Notes under the pieces: model-generated | What the model saw: the letters and a program-made list of their open reading frames with translations, nothing else | The model's database searches: none | Told to the model about the DNA's origin: nothing | Program-made: the position numbers and the translations under genes | Source: Chiloscyllium plagiosum | Taxonomy: Eukaryota | Assembly: GCF_004010195.1 (NCBI RefSeq) | Contig: NC_057756.1 | Coordinates: 7,251,983 to 7,315,982 of the forward strand | Direction of reading: 5' to 3' | Length of the DNA stretch: 64,000 nt | Shown: piece after piece, positions 52,793-64,000 of the stretch | Layout of the letters: every line of letters begins with the position of its first letter | How positions within the stretch are numbered: the first letter of the stretch is position 1

Positions 52793-53695
52793 AGTATGGA
52801 TCAGTCCAGACCCCTTCAAAACATTTCAAGTAAGTTTCCCAGACCTTAACTTTGAAAGTTGTTTTAAGCAGGTATAACCTGGATATGCCTGGAGTGATGC
52901 AGCTAGTCCCAGCACTTAGTTTTAAGCAAAACAGAATTTATCTGCAAGATTATCGAATGAAACACAAACAAAACTTATGGCAGCACGGAGGTTCAGTGGT
53001 TAGCACTGCTGCCTCACAGCACCAGGCACCCAGGTTCAATTCCAGCCTTGGGAAACTGTCTGTGTGGAGTTTGCACATTCTCCCTGTGCCTGCCCATGTT
53101 TCTCCCGGGTGCTCCGGCTTTCTCCTAAAGTCTAAAGATGTGCAGATCAGGTGAATTGGCCATGCTAAATTGACCACGTGTTAGGAGCATTAATGGATTT
53201 GGATGGCTTACTCTTAGGAGGGTTGGTGTGAACTTGCTAGGCCAAAAGGCCTGTTTCCACACTGCAGGTAATCTAATCTAGAAGATAACCAAATACAGAA
53301 TAACTCAACATCTCCAAAAACCCAACAGATTATTACAACTTAACGATGCTGTTCCAAATTTGTGCAACAATTCCCATAAACAGCCCTTGCCAAAAAAAAA
53401 GGTAAGCTCAAACAAAGGGTCTTAGAGGAGAGCGAGATGGCAGAGAAATTCAATATGGAACACCTTCTTCTATGTAGCTGTTTCTTTGACCAGCAGCTTC
53501 ACTAGACTAATAAAACCATAACCAAACTGGAGAACAGCTGAGCTGGGAGAATTTGTCACTCACCTTTCATTGTGTAGTTTGTTTTTTAAACCTAAAAGCT
53601 TTTTCAAAAAGATCAAATCAAACATTTCAGAACCCATGCCCCATAAAACACTTGTGAAAAAAAAACTGAGAACAAGAATATTGTTAGAATAGACA
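52793..53695 (+). mobile_element. Solo LTR-like repeat (4411 family) with a nested HE1-like SINE at 52977-53282
   Basis: tatggatcagtccagaccccttcaaaacatt start. The SINE head ggcagcacggaggttcagtggttagcactgctgcctcacag interrupts aaacacaaac..cagaat, which is continuous in the 4411 copy. Confidence 0.7.
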
Positions 53696-53829
53696 TCGGG
53701 CACATTCCTGCTATGGGTTATCTTTGCCCAAATGAAACAATCTCCTTCATCTTTCTTCCTGACTTGTTTTATTATAAATGAATATTGTTTCTTTGTCAGG
53801 TGGCCCCTCAATACAGTTCTCCACGAAAG

Positions 53830-55352
53830 TGATAGATGAAAAGATAGTGAAGCCTTTGGTAGTGATCTTTTGATATCACTGGAGTCAGGGAGGGTCCTAG
53901 AGGACTGGAAAATTGCTAATGTAATTCCGCACCTCTGTTCAAGAAGGGGGTAAGGCAAAAGATGGGACATTATTGTCCGATTAGCCTGACCTCAAATGTT
54001 GGTAAAATTTTTGAGTCCATTTTGAAGGATGAGATTTCTGAATACTAGTATATTGTAAAATAGGGCAAAGTCACCATGGTTTTATCAAGGGGAGGTCATG
54101 CCTCACAAATTTGCTAGAATTCTTTGAGGAGGGAATGCACAGATTAGACCAACGGGAGCCAATGAATGTTATCTATCTGCACTTACAAAAGGCCTTTGAC
54201 ACGGTGTTACGAAGGAAGCTGCGAAGTAAGAAAAGGTCCCATGGTACTAGAGATAAATTGCAAGCATGGATGGAGGATCGGCTGTCTGGCAAGAGGCCAA
54301 GAGTGTGGATAAATGGGGATAAATGGGTCCTTCTCAGGATGGAAACCAGTGACTAGTGGCGTTCCATAAGGGACAGTGTTAGGACCACAACATTTCACTT
54401 TATACATAAATTATGTGTTTGAAGGCACGGAGGGCATTCTGGCTAAGTTTGCATATGATAAAACGACTGGGGCCGGTAGTATTGAAGAGGTAGTGAGGCT
54501 GCAGAAAGATTTAGACATGTTAGGAGAATAGGTTGAATGGCAGATGAAATACAATGTGGGAAATTGTGAGTCGTGCACTTTGGTAGGAAGAATAAAGGCA
54601 TGGAGTATTTTCCAGACGGGGAAAAAAATCAGAACTATGGAGTGCAAACAGACTTAGGAGTCCGAGTCCAGGATTCTCTTAAGGTAAACCTGAAGGCTGA
54701 GTTGGTATTTAGGAAGACCAGCACAATTTTGTCATTTGTTTCGAGAAGGCTAGAATATAAACGCATGGGTGTACTTCTGAGGTTTCATAAGGTTCTGATC
54801 AGAACGCATTAAGAGTACTGTGAGCAATTTTGGGCCCCATAGCTCATGAAGGATGTATTGGCCCTCGAGCAGGTTCATAGGAGGTTCATCAGAATTATCT
54901 CAGGAATTAACATATAAGGAATGTTTGAGGACTCAAGTTCGATACTCGATGGAGTTTGGAAAGATGAGGGGGAACTGATTGAAACTTACAGAATACTTAA
55001 CAACCTGGATGGAATGAACGTCGGGAAGCTGTCTCTGTTGGTCGGGGACACAGGGACCCGAGAGCAAAGCATTAGAGTAAAGGGAAGACCCTTTAGAAAG
55101 GAAACCAGGAGAAACTTCTTTAGCCTGAAAGTGATGGATCTGTGGAATTCATTGACACAGAAGGCTGTGGAGACAGGTCATTGAATATAATTAAGACTGA
55201 GATAGATAGGTTCTTGATTGCCAAGTAGATGAAAGGTTATGGGGAGAAAGTGGGAAAATGGGCTTGAGAAACTTATCAGCTAGGATTGAATAGTGGACCA
55301 GACTTAATGGGGTGACTGGACTAATTTCTGCTCCTATGGTCTTACGGTCTTA
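53830..55352 (+). mobile_element. CR1-like LINE ORF2 RT plus 3' UTR, degenerate
   Basis: DWKIANV, LLEFFEE, LQKAFD, HFGRKN, GELIETYRIL and RRNFFS..LWNSL motifs across ORFs 54111-55184. Confidence 0.88.
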
Positions 55353-56437
55353 TTCAGGGTTCTCTCTGTCTGGATCTCTGGAACTGCGGTCAGTACTCAC
55401 CTCTGTTTCCCGGTGTGGGGCGTCCCATAACCATGGAATCTATGGATTTCTGCCACTGACAGGCTAATCAACTGCACACAGATTATCTGAACATGGCCTG
55501 ATGACTGCCAATATATTCCAGGAAATATTCAGAGAACTTCTGTAACTAAGGACAGCTGAATAGGAACAAAAAAGTCCAGTGAGATCTGTAACGACAGCCA
55601 AATTAAATGATTCCAATAAATGACAGTCAAATGCTGTGTACTAAATCTTTAAAAATCCACCATTATATAGACATCAATGACAGTAACATACCTAATTTGA
55701 TTGGCTCAACATATTTTGAAGAGAAACCAGCTGCTTGAATGAAGTCCGAATTAAGTACCTGGAGGTCTTTCAGGAGAGTCTAAGGGCTACCAAAGGAGCT
55801 CAGGCCACGGTGACCACGAACAATTCTTCAATTCTGCAAGGCCCGTTCAGTGCCATGTACCTTACATGGAAAAGTGGAGGGAGAAATCAGGAGGTTTTGT
55901 TGTGTTATGGATCTAAGGCATAACGTTTTCAAATGGAGGCTGCTGTGTGTATGGACAAGATGAGGCGAGGAAGGCTGGTAGAATAACAACAATGAAAAGG
56001 CATGTGGACGGTATATGAGCAGGAATGGTTTTGTGGGATATGCAGGAAAATGAGATTAGCTCAGGTAGGATATCCTGTCGGCTTGAATGAATTTGCCCAA
56101 AGGGTCTGTTTCTGTGCTGTATAATTTTATGACTCAATGATTTCCGCAATTAATTACTCACAGTTTTTTTTCCCCCTGCCATCAGGTCACTAAGGCTATA
56201 AGCTTTCACTTTGGTGCTTTCCAATGAAGTCTCAGACCTGAATAATTCAAATGCAATAGGGACTTAATATCTCAGTGATAACATATTTTCACAAACAAAT
56301 CAGAAATAAGAATGATGCAACTTTAAGATTTTCCTGGGAATTTGAAACAGTATAAAAGAGTTTCTGAGCACATCAATACTGTGTTCAATTCAAAGGTTTT
56401 GGCTTCATCACCCAGGAACAGAACCTTCATATGCAAA

Positions 56438-56504
56438 ATGCTGCAGTCGTTTACCATTGTTGATAAAGTTTATTACATCACTATTGCTGTTATTGGCATC
56501 CCTG
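56438..56504 (+). pseudogene. GPR139-like copy 4, exon 1 (splice donor lost)
   Basis: MLQSFTIVDKVYYITIAVIGIP; the donor reads G|ctaagt instead of G|gtaag at 56505. Confidence 0.85.
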
Positions 56505-58444
56505 CTAAGTTTTTTCAAAAATATTTGAATAGCATATGGGCATCACTGGCTGGGCCAGTATTTATGGCACAGGGGGAAAGTTTAGGAGCCAGCCACGTTG
56601 CTGTGGATCTGGAGACACCTTTCAGCAAGACCAGATAAGGGTGGCAGTTTCCACCACTGACGGACATGAGTGAACCAGACAGATTTGTCCAGCATTCGGC
56701 AATGGATTCACAGTCATCATGAGACTGTTTATTCCAGATGTTTGTTTCGATTGAATTCAAATTCCATCATCTAACAGCGGGATTCAAACCCGGGTCACCA
56801 GCAAATTACCAGAGTTTCTGGATTAATAGTCCAGTGATAATGCCAACAGGCTATTTCCTCTCTTTAGCAAAACTTTTAATGTTGATAAATCCGTGCAGTG
56901 GAATACCATGGCACTTATATTTCTAATGCTTTCTTTATTTTTAAATATTTTGTTTTTTTTTCTCAAATTATTGTCACTGTAGAATTAGGATCACTGTGGA
57001 TTAGTTGGCCTTGCTATAATCAGATCTGCATTATCAGGATTATGTAAGTTTGACTTGACCTGATGCGGATAGTTACATTGAGGTGATGACGTGCAAAGAA
57101 GCCTTTTCTTCTTTAGCAAATCTAATCCTGTGTTTATTTTGATGATCAGTTAACTAATTTTCCTTCAAAGAGTAGCTTAGAGGAATTTGAGAAGTTATGT
57201 GAATGGAATGCAATGAAAACCGTTCACTAAAATATCAGCAGTACTGAGTATGTTTTTCCAGTCTTTAACTTATGTCGTGATTCGAAAAGTAGTTTCCACA
57301 AATTTCTATAAATCTGACGTACTACATTTTGGAATGGCAAATCAAGACAGGAGTTAGAAACTTAATGGTAAGTTCGTGAGGATTGATGCCGAACAAAGAA
57401 TATTTTGAGTGCAGTTTCAGAGTTCCTTGAAAGCAGAGTTGCAGGTAGATAGGACAGAGAAGAAGGCATTTGGTACTTGTTCCTTAAAGTCAGTGCATTG
57501 AGTATACGTATTGGGAGGTCATGTTGAAATTGTGCACGACATTGGTTATGCCACTTTTAGAATGTTATGTGCAATTCTGGTCTCCTTGCTTTCGGAAAAA
57601 TGTTGTTAAACTTGAAAGTGTGCAGAAAAGATTTACATGGATATTGCTGGGTTAGAAGGACTAAGCTACAGGGAAGGGCTGAATAGACTGGTCTATTTCT
57701 CTGGAGATTAGAGGCTGAGGGCCAATGATAGTGTGAATAAACAAGCTCTTGACCTCAGCATAAGGGATTCCAAAACTAGGATGGATAGCGCTTTGGTGAG
57801 AGGAGAAACATTTAAAAGAAACTGAAGGGCCAACCTTTTCATGAAATGGTGCTGCTTATATGGAATGAGCTCGCACAGCAAGTGTTGGAGGCTGTAAAAT
57901 TGCAATATTGAAAATGCATTTTTCATGTACAGAAAGGGTTTAGCGAGACATGTGACAAATGCTGGCATATGGGATTCGGTTAATTTAAGATATTTGCTCA
58001 GCATGAACAAGTTGGATTGAAGGGTCTTTTTCCGTGCTGTGCATCTCTATTACGCCAAATGACTGAAGGTGATTGTTAGGTGTTTGGAGTGTAGAATAAA
58101 TAGTTGATTGTGTCCAAAGAGAGAGTAAACCAATTGCAAGGACAAGGTTAAATATATACTGTCTCCTCTGATAGAATTCTACCTTTTCCATTATTTCGGA
58201 AACATACTTTGTTGAACTGATGTACAGATTGACTGTGGCATTTGGTTATCTTAAGAGTCATCAATGGTTTCATTTATCTTGCACCACATTTCAATCTCTC
58301 AATGGTTACTCCTGTGCTTCATGGGTTAAATCCGCAACTCCATCTTCATTTGTTGACAGAGTATGGATTTGTTCTCTTATCGTGAGTGCCACTATTCCCA
58401 TGTTTTTGTGTAACATTGTATAAGAATATATCTGAGAGGGGTCA

Positions 58445-60735
58445 TGAGTGTAGTGCTGGAAAAGCACGGCAAATCATGCAGCAACCGAGCAGCTGGAGAA
58501 TTGACATTTTGGGCATAAGCCTTTCATCAGGAATGATGCTTGTGGGCTGGGGCTCTGAGAGATAAATGGGAGAGTGGTGGGGTTGGGGGGAAAATAGCTG
58601 AGAATGTGATATGTAGAGGATGTTGGGGGAGAAGGTAATAGATTGGGGAGGAGGGTGGAGTGGATAGATGGGAGAGGTGATGGACAGATAAAAAGGGCAG
58701 TGCCAAGTTGGAGGATTGGAACTGGGATAACGTGGGGGAAGGAAACTGAGGAAACTAGTGAAATCCACATTGATCTCATGTTGTTGCAGGGTCCCAAGGT
58801 GGAATATGAAGTACTCTTCCTCCACGAATTGGGTGGTTAGGGTTTGGCGATGGAGGAGGCCCAGAACCTGCATGTTCTTGATCGAGTGGGAGGTGGAGTT
58901 GTAGGGTTCAGCCACGGGTGGAGGGGGTGGTGTTGGCCCGTGTGGGTGTTTCCCAGAGATGTTCTCTGAAATAATCACCAGTTGGTATCCTGCCTCCCCA
59001 ATGTAGAGGAGACCACTTCATGTGCAATGGATACAGTAGATGACATTTTTGGAGGTACAGGTAAATTTCTCTCAGATGTGGAAGGATCCTCTGGGCCTTG
59101 GACGGAATTGAGGGAGAGATGTGGGTGTAGGTTTAGCACTTGCTGCAGTAGCAGTGGATGGTGCCGGGACTAGGGTGAGGGCTGGTGGGGGCCGTGGATG
59201 TGACAAGGGAGTTACAGAGTGAATCGTCTCTCTGGGATGCTGAAAGGGATGGGGAGGGAAATATATCCCTGATGGTGGGGTCCATTTGTAGGTGGTGGAA
59301 TTGGCAGAGGATGATGCAATGTATGCGGAAGTGAGGACCAGTTGTGTTGGGTGGGATGGGGTTCAAAGGAGGAGATGCAGGAAGTGGAGGAGATGTGCTG
59401 GAGGACATCATCAACCATGTGAGAGGGGATATTGTGGTCTTTGAAGAAGGAAGCTATCTGGGATTTTCTGTGGTGGAATTGGTCATCCTGGGAACAGATG
59501 TGGTGGAGGCAGAGGAATTGGGAATGAGGGATGGCATTTTTACGGGAGGCAGTGTGGAGGCGGTGGAGGTAGCTGTGGGTTTGTAGTAGATGTTGATGGT
59601 TAGTTGGGTTACTGGAGATGGAGGTGCAGAGGTCCAGGAAGGGGAGGGAGTTATCTGAGATGGTCCAGGTGAATTTGAGTTCGGGGTAAAGATGTTAATG
59701 AAATTGATGAACCGTTCACCTCCTCGTGAGTTCAACCACATGTTCAACCAATGCATTTCCTCCACATCCTGCACCTTCGCCCTTGAACACCACCCCACCA
59801 AATGTAACAAGAACAGAATACCCCTGGTCCTCAACTTCCATCTCGTCAACCTCCATATATATCACATCATCCTCCGTCCACCAATTCAAACAAACCCCAC
59901 GACCAGGGATATATTTCCCTCCCAACCCCATCAGCATTCCAGAGATACCATTCCCTCCTTGAGTCCCTTGTCAGATCCGCACGCCCCACCAGCCCTTGCA
60001 CCACTCCCGGCACCTTCGTTTGCCACTGCAGGAAGTGCAAATCCTGCATCTACACCTACCCCCCAAAGGATCCTCCCACATCTGACAGAATTTACCTGTA
60101 CCTCCACCAATTTCATCTACTGTATCCGTTGCACCCTATGTGTTCTCCTCTACATTCAGAGAAACAGGACATTAACTTGCAGCTCATTTCAGAGAACATC
60201 TCTGGGACACCCACATGAACCAACCCCACCGCCGTGTGGCTGCGCACTTCAAATTCCCCCCCCCACTCCCCAAAGGACATGCAGGTACTTGGCCCTCTCC
60301 ATCACCAAACCCTAACCACCCTTAGCCTGGAGGAAGAACACCTCATCTTCTGCCTTGTGACCCTGCAACCACACAGGATTAATATGAATTTCGCCAGTTT
60401 CTTCATTACCCACCCCCTACATTATGCCAGTCCTAAGCCTTTATCTTGGCACCACCCTCTTGACCTGCCCATTGTTTTTATCATCTATCCACTCCACCCT
60501 GCTTTCTGACCTATTGCCTTCTCTGCCATCTTCATCTAACTATTGCATTCTCAATTACTTTTCCCCAGCTCCACCCATCCCATTTATCTCTCAGCACCCC
60601 GTGGCCACAACCTTCATTCCTGATGAAGGGCTTATGCCCAAAATGTTGATTCTCCAGCTCCTGACCTGCTGTGTTTTCCCAGCACTACACTCTCGATTCT
60701 GATCTCCAGCATCTGCAGTCCTCACTTTCTCTCCG
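58445..60735. mobile_element. Two Penelope-like fragments in inverted orientation inside the copy 4 intron
   Basis: The left half (to about 59710) is on the - strand and the right half on the + strand. GIY-YIG-like FTCTSTNFIYCIRCTLCVLLYI and LEEEHLIFCLVTLQPH motifs. Both outer ends carry the shared terminus with a degenerate hammerhead core. Confidence 0.82.
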
Positions 60736-60976
60736 CAATAACAACATATTCTACTAACTATTTTTGACCTCCACAGCCATTTTTCAGTACTTTATATGTA
60801 ATACCACACACCCACTCCCTTTGCTTATTGCACATAGCTTCATGTGGGATGAATTTGGAATAAAATTTATTTTTATATTTTAATATTCTTCCTGAGCATC
60901 CTATTGCCATCTCTACTCAAATACAAGATTGTTCAAGCTACAATTTCTGAACTAATGTTAGTTCTCCATTTTACAG

Positions 60977-62193
60977 TTAGTGCAGTAGCAATTGTGATCC
61001 AGTCCTGAGGAAAATGTGGTCTCTGGCCATGGCAACAGCAGATCTGATGGTCATCATCACTGATGTTACATTCAAACAGCTGAACCATTATTTTTACCAG
61101 GGATCATCCCTGCACCCGACACCTGCGTGCATTGTGGTTGACTGTCTACTTTTTGTGAGTTCAGATTGTTCTGTCTGGTTCACAGTTGCTTTCTCCACTG
61201 ATTGGTTTGTCACCATTTCTTGCCAGAAACTGAAACTGATATGTTGTACAGTGAAAACAGCAACTGTTATTCTTTCAACAATCTGCACTCTTTCTTTCTA
61301 AAAACAAATCCCATTTTCATTATACTGCAACCTATGATTGTGTTTGACAATGTACACTGATCTTGTCAAAGAAAGGCCAGCTATTTTACTGAACTCAAGT
61401 GGATCGTTTTGATTGGTTAGATAAGCTATGAACACCATTGCTCCCATTCATTTTAGATATAGATTACTTACAGTGTGGAAACAATCCTTTCAGCCCAACA
61501 AGTCCACACTGAGCCGCCGAAACACAACCCACCCAGACCCATTCTCCTACATTTACCCCTTCACCGAACACTATAGGCAATTCAGCCGGGCCAATTCACC
61601 TAACCTGCACATTTTTGGACTGTGGGAGGAAACCGATGCACCTGAAGGAAACCCACACAGACACGGGGAGAACATGCAAACTCCACACAGTCAGTCGCCT
61701 GAGGTGGGAATTGAACCTGGGTCTCTGGCGCTGTGAGGCAGTAGTGCTAACCACTGTGCCACCGTGCTGCCCTCAAATTTTAGTTTTGCTCTTCAATGCT
61801 ATGACAGTCAGATACGTTTTAGTGGTGAATCGGATCCGCAAAGGATTAAGGAGTCAGAACACGGAGGAGAAGCGCAGTGATCCTGAGATGGAGAGCAGAT
61901 GGAAGTCAATGATTTTACTGTTCACCATATCGAGTAGTTTCATATTGCTGTGGTCACGCTATGTAATAAATTTCTTATGTTATCAAATTGCAGCAATTGA
62001 TCCCAGAACATAGAACAGCGGTTTGCATGTATTTGAAAGATTTGGATACATGCTGCTGAATCTGAATTGCTGCACAAATACATTTATTTATGTAGTAACT
62101 CAGTCAAAGTTCAGGGAACAGTTCATTCACGCTGTAAAGTACCCACTGACTGCAATTAGCAGAGTCTTTACTTTTAGAAAGAATTTATTATAA
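60977..62193 (+). pseudogene. GPR139-like copy 4, exon 2 (multiply disrupted)
   Basis: Acceptor ttttacag|TT AGT. Stops at 61006-61008, 61358-61360 and 62011-62013. A 25-nt deletion near 61025, DRF>DWF at 61203-61205 and a SINE inside TM5. Confidence 0.92.
61457..61776 (-). mobile_element. Full-length HE1-like tRNA SINE inserted in exon 2 of GPCR copy 4
   Basis: Reverse head gggcagcacggtggcacagtggttagcact..ggttcaattccc. 7-bp TSD attttag at 61450-61456 and 61777-61783. Confidence 0.92.
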
Positions 62194-62230
62194 TCTATAA
62201 GCTGTTTTTCTGAGTGTAGAATTGATTCGT

Positions 62231-62799
62231 TTCGGTGATTAGAAATGTAGTTTCTGCAGGTGGGGCAGGGGGCGTTGTGGAGGGAGGGGAAGGGGAACAT
62301 TATACAAACGGTCACGGAATTCTTGTGGCATGTAGCATGTAGCATACTTAAGGCTAAGACTTTAATGAATATAGAGGGTCTTTAAAATAAAATAGTTTTA
62401 AGCTAGGAAATAACTATGAAGGGTTGTAGCTGAGCACAAAAAGAAGCAGCAGGGACATTTCACAATAAAGCTTATAGCATGATAAGAGAAACTGGATATA
62501 AGGACAAGCTGTAACAAACAAGGAACAAAGAATGCAGACACACAAGGACAGCAGGATGGGCAGATAAGAAACTAACTAGAAAGAGAAAAACAAGTGAGGT
62601 AACCGCCTTATGATAGGATGGGAAAAGGGAGGCGTGATTCCACAACTTGCAATCTGAATAAGATTGCTTATATGTTTTGTTTTCGCGTGCATTTCTGCTT
62701 GATTGCAGAAGCGTCCGGTACTTGCAAGGCCGTAATAAATTGCTCTTGTTTCCAAGGCTTTGTCTCAGGCTGATTTGTGAGTGAGTTCTGTTTCTCACA
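62231..62799. mobile_element. About 570-bp insertion, probable solo LTR (ERV-like), just downstream of copy 4
   Basis: Flanked by attcgt at 62225-62230 and 62800-62805 and ends in ..tctcaca. Has internal TATA-like and AATAAA motifs. Absent downstream of copies 1-3. Confidence 0.55.
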
Positions 62800-64000
62800 A
62801 TTCGTAAATATGCATCACCTGCATTGTATCAAAAATGTTTGTTTGTACGAAAATACGAACAGCAGTACATGTTTGCTTTCCGTTGGATGTCATTTTATTT
62901 TGTATTTCCATAATATTGAGACTAGATTTTTTTTAACCTTCACCTGAAGTCAGTGTAATGAATACTTTGTTCAGGAAATATATACCGTCGCAGCATCCAC
63001 AACATCAAGGATATACCCAAAAACAAACGACTTGAAAAACTGAATTAGGGAGATTTCAATCCATCAAATGAGCGGCACAACACGTACCACAGTGCCACTC
63101 GCGAGTATTGGCTGAGAATCGCAAACGAATTCACTCACGTTTTGTGTGTCTCATTTCAGTTCTGTTTTGCAATAATCTTTCTCTCATTTCATTTACCTCA
63201 TAAATGATCTACCATTATCCCAAACGATGTTATTGTTGGACAGCTCAGATTTGAAACAAACATGTGTATTGTTAGTTTATCTTTCTTTCATTTCTTTCAT
63301 TTTATGTAGTAGACTTTCAGTGAAGCCAAGTGTGCAACTCTGCATGTTTGTTTTCAGCAAGGAAAAATGGTATTATTAAAGGGAACTAAATTAAAGAGAA
63401 AACACCCATGTTCTGTACATTTAAAAAAGCTTGTAAGTTTTCAAGGCACATTACAAAAATATATTCCGGTCTATCACAATACCATTACTTTTAAGTCCTC
63501 AAATACCTGGATGAGAGTTTCATTTCGTGTCACGTGTATAACTGTGATTTAGCTCGCTCTATCGCTTCGTAGTCTTGGTAGCTTTTATTTCAGCCTTTCC
63601 CTTGATTATTCAGACAACTGAGCTTGAATATTCTTAGTAATAACTGTTTGTATTTGATTTATAGCCAAAGCCTTCTTGCCGGAATTTTCATATTAATATA
63701 CTTGCAGTAAGATAACATGTTTCAAACAGTTCTTAATGAAGTCCTTTCTGAAAGAAAATCTGTTCCACACTTTCCCAGAATGATATTTTTCCATCTAAAC
63801 TATTAATTAAAGATTAAAATTCCAACAACACTTTCAGTTCAATAATGTTTTTGTTCGCAGTTTCGAAACTACTTGTGTTCAGCTGTGGATCAGCTTCATT
63901 TCTGTGAATTGGGTGAATCTACCATAAGCACATATCCATTGAATTGCATTATATTCCCTGGGCTCCTCTTCCTGGGCTAGATGGTCAGGTTTGTGAGCAT

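Noticed and set aside
1..64000. CRISPR arrays, operons or other prokaryotic systems
   Set aside because: No regularly spaced repeats, and the sequence is intron-containing, TE-rich vertebrate DNA.

Overview
Vertebrate genomic DNA, most likely a cartilaginous fish (shark), judged from HE1-like tRNA SINEs, CR1/HER1-like LINEs and Penelope-like elements. The window holds a head-to-tail tandem array of four two-exon class A GPCR genes of the GPR139/GPR142-like type, all on the + strand. Copies 1 (12888-15873, 338 aa) and 2 (27974-31463, 325 aa) are intact once a short exon 1 is spliced to exon 2 through a phase-1 GT-AG intron inside TM1. The ORF track misses this splice. Copies 3 (39198-42554) and 4 (56438-62193) are pseudogenes, with lost start or donor site, frameshifts, stops, DRF>DWF and a SINE insertion. 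An exon-less intron relic of a fifth copy lies at about 33520-34480. The copies arose by 11-17 kb segmental duplications that carried the promoter (conserved TATA box), intron and flanks. The rest is decayed transposon DNA: a CR1 LINE with esterase ORF1, a Gmr1-like Gypsy element and solo LTRs, Penelope-like elements with hammerhead-ribozyme cores, LINE fragments and SINEs. Repeat boundaries and family names are by eye and approximate; no database search was run.
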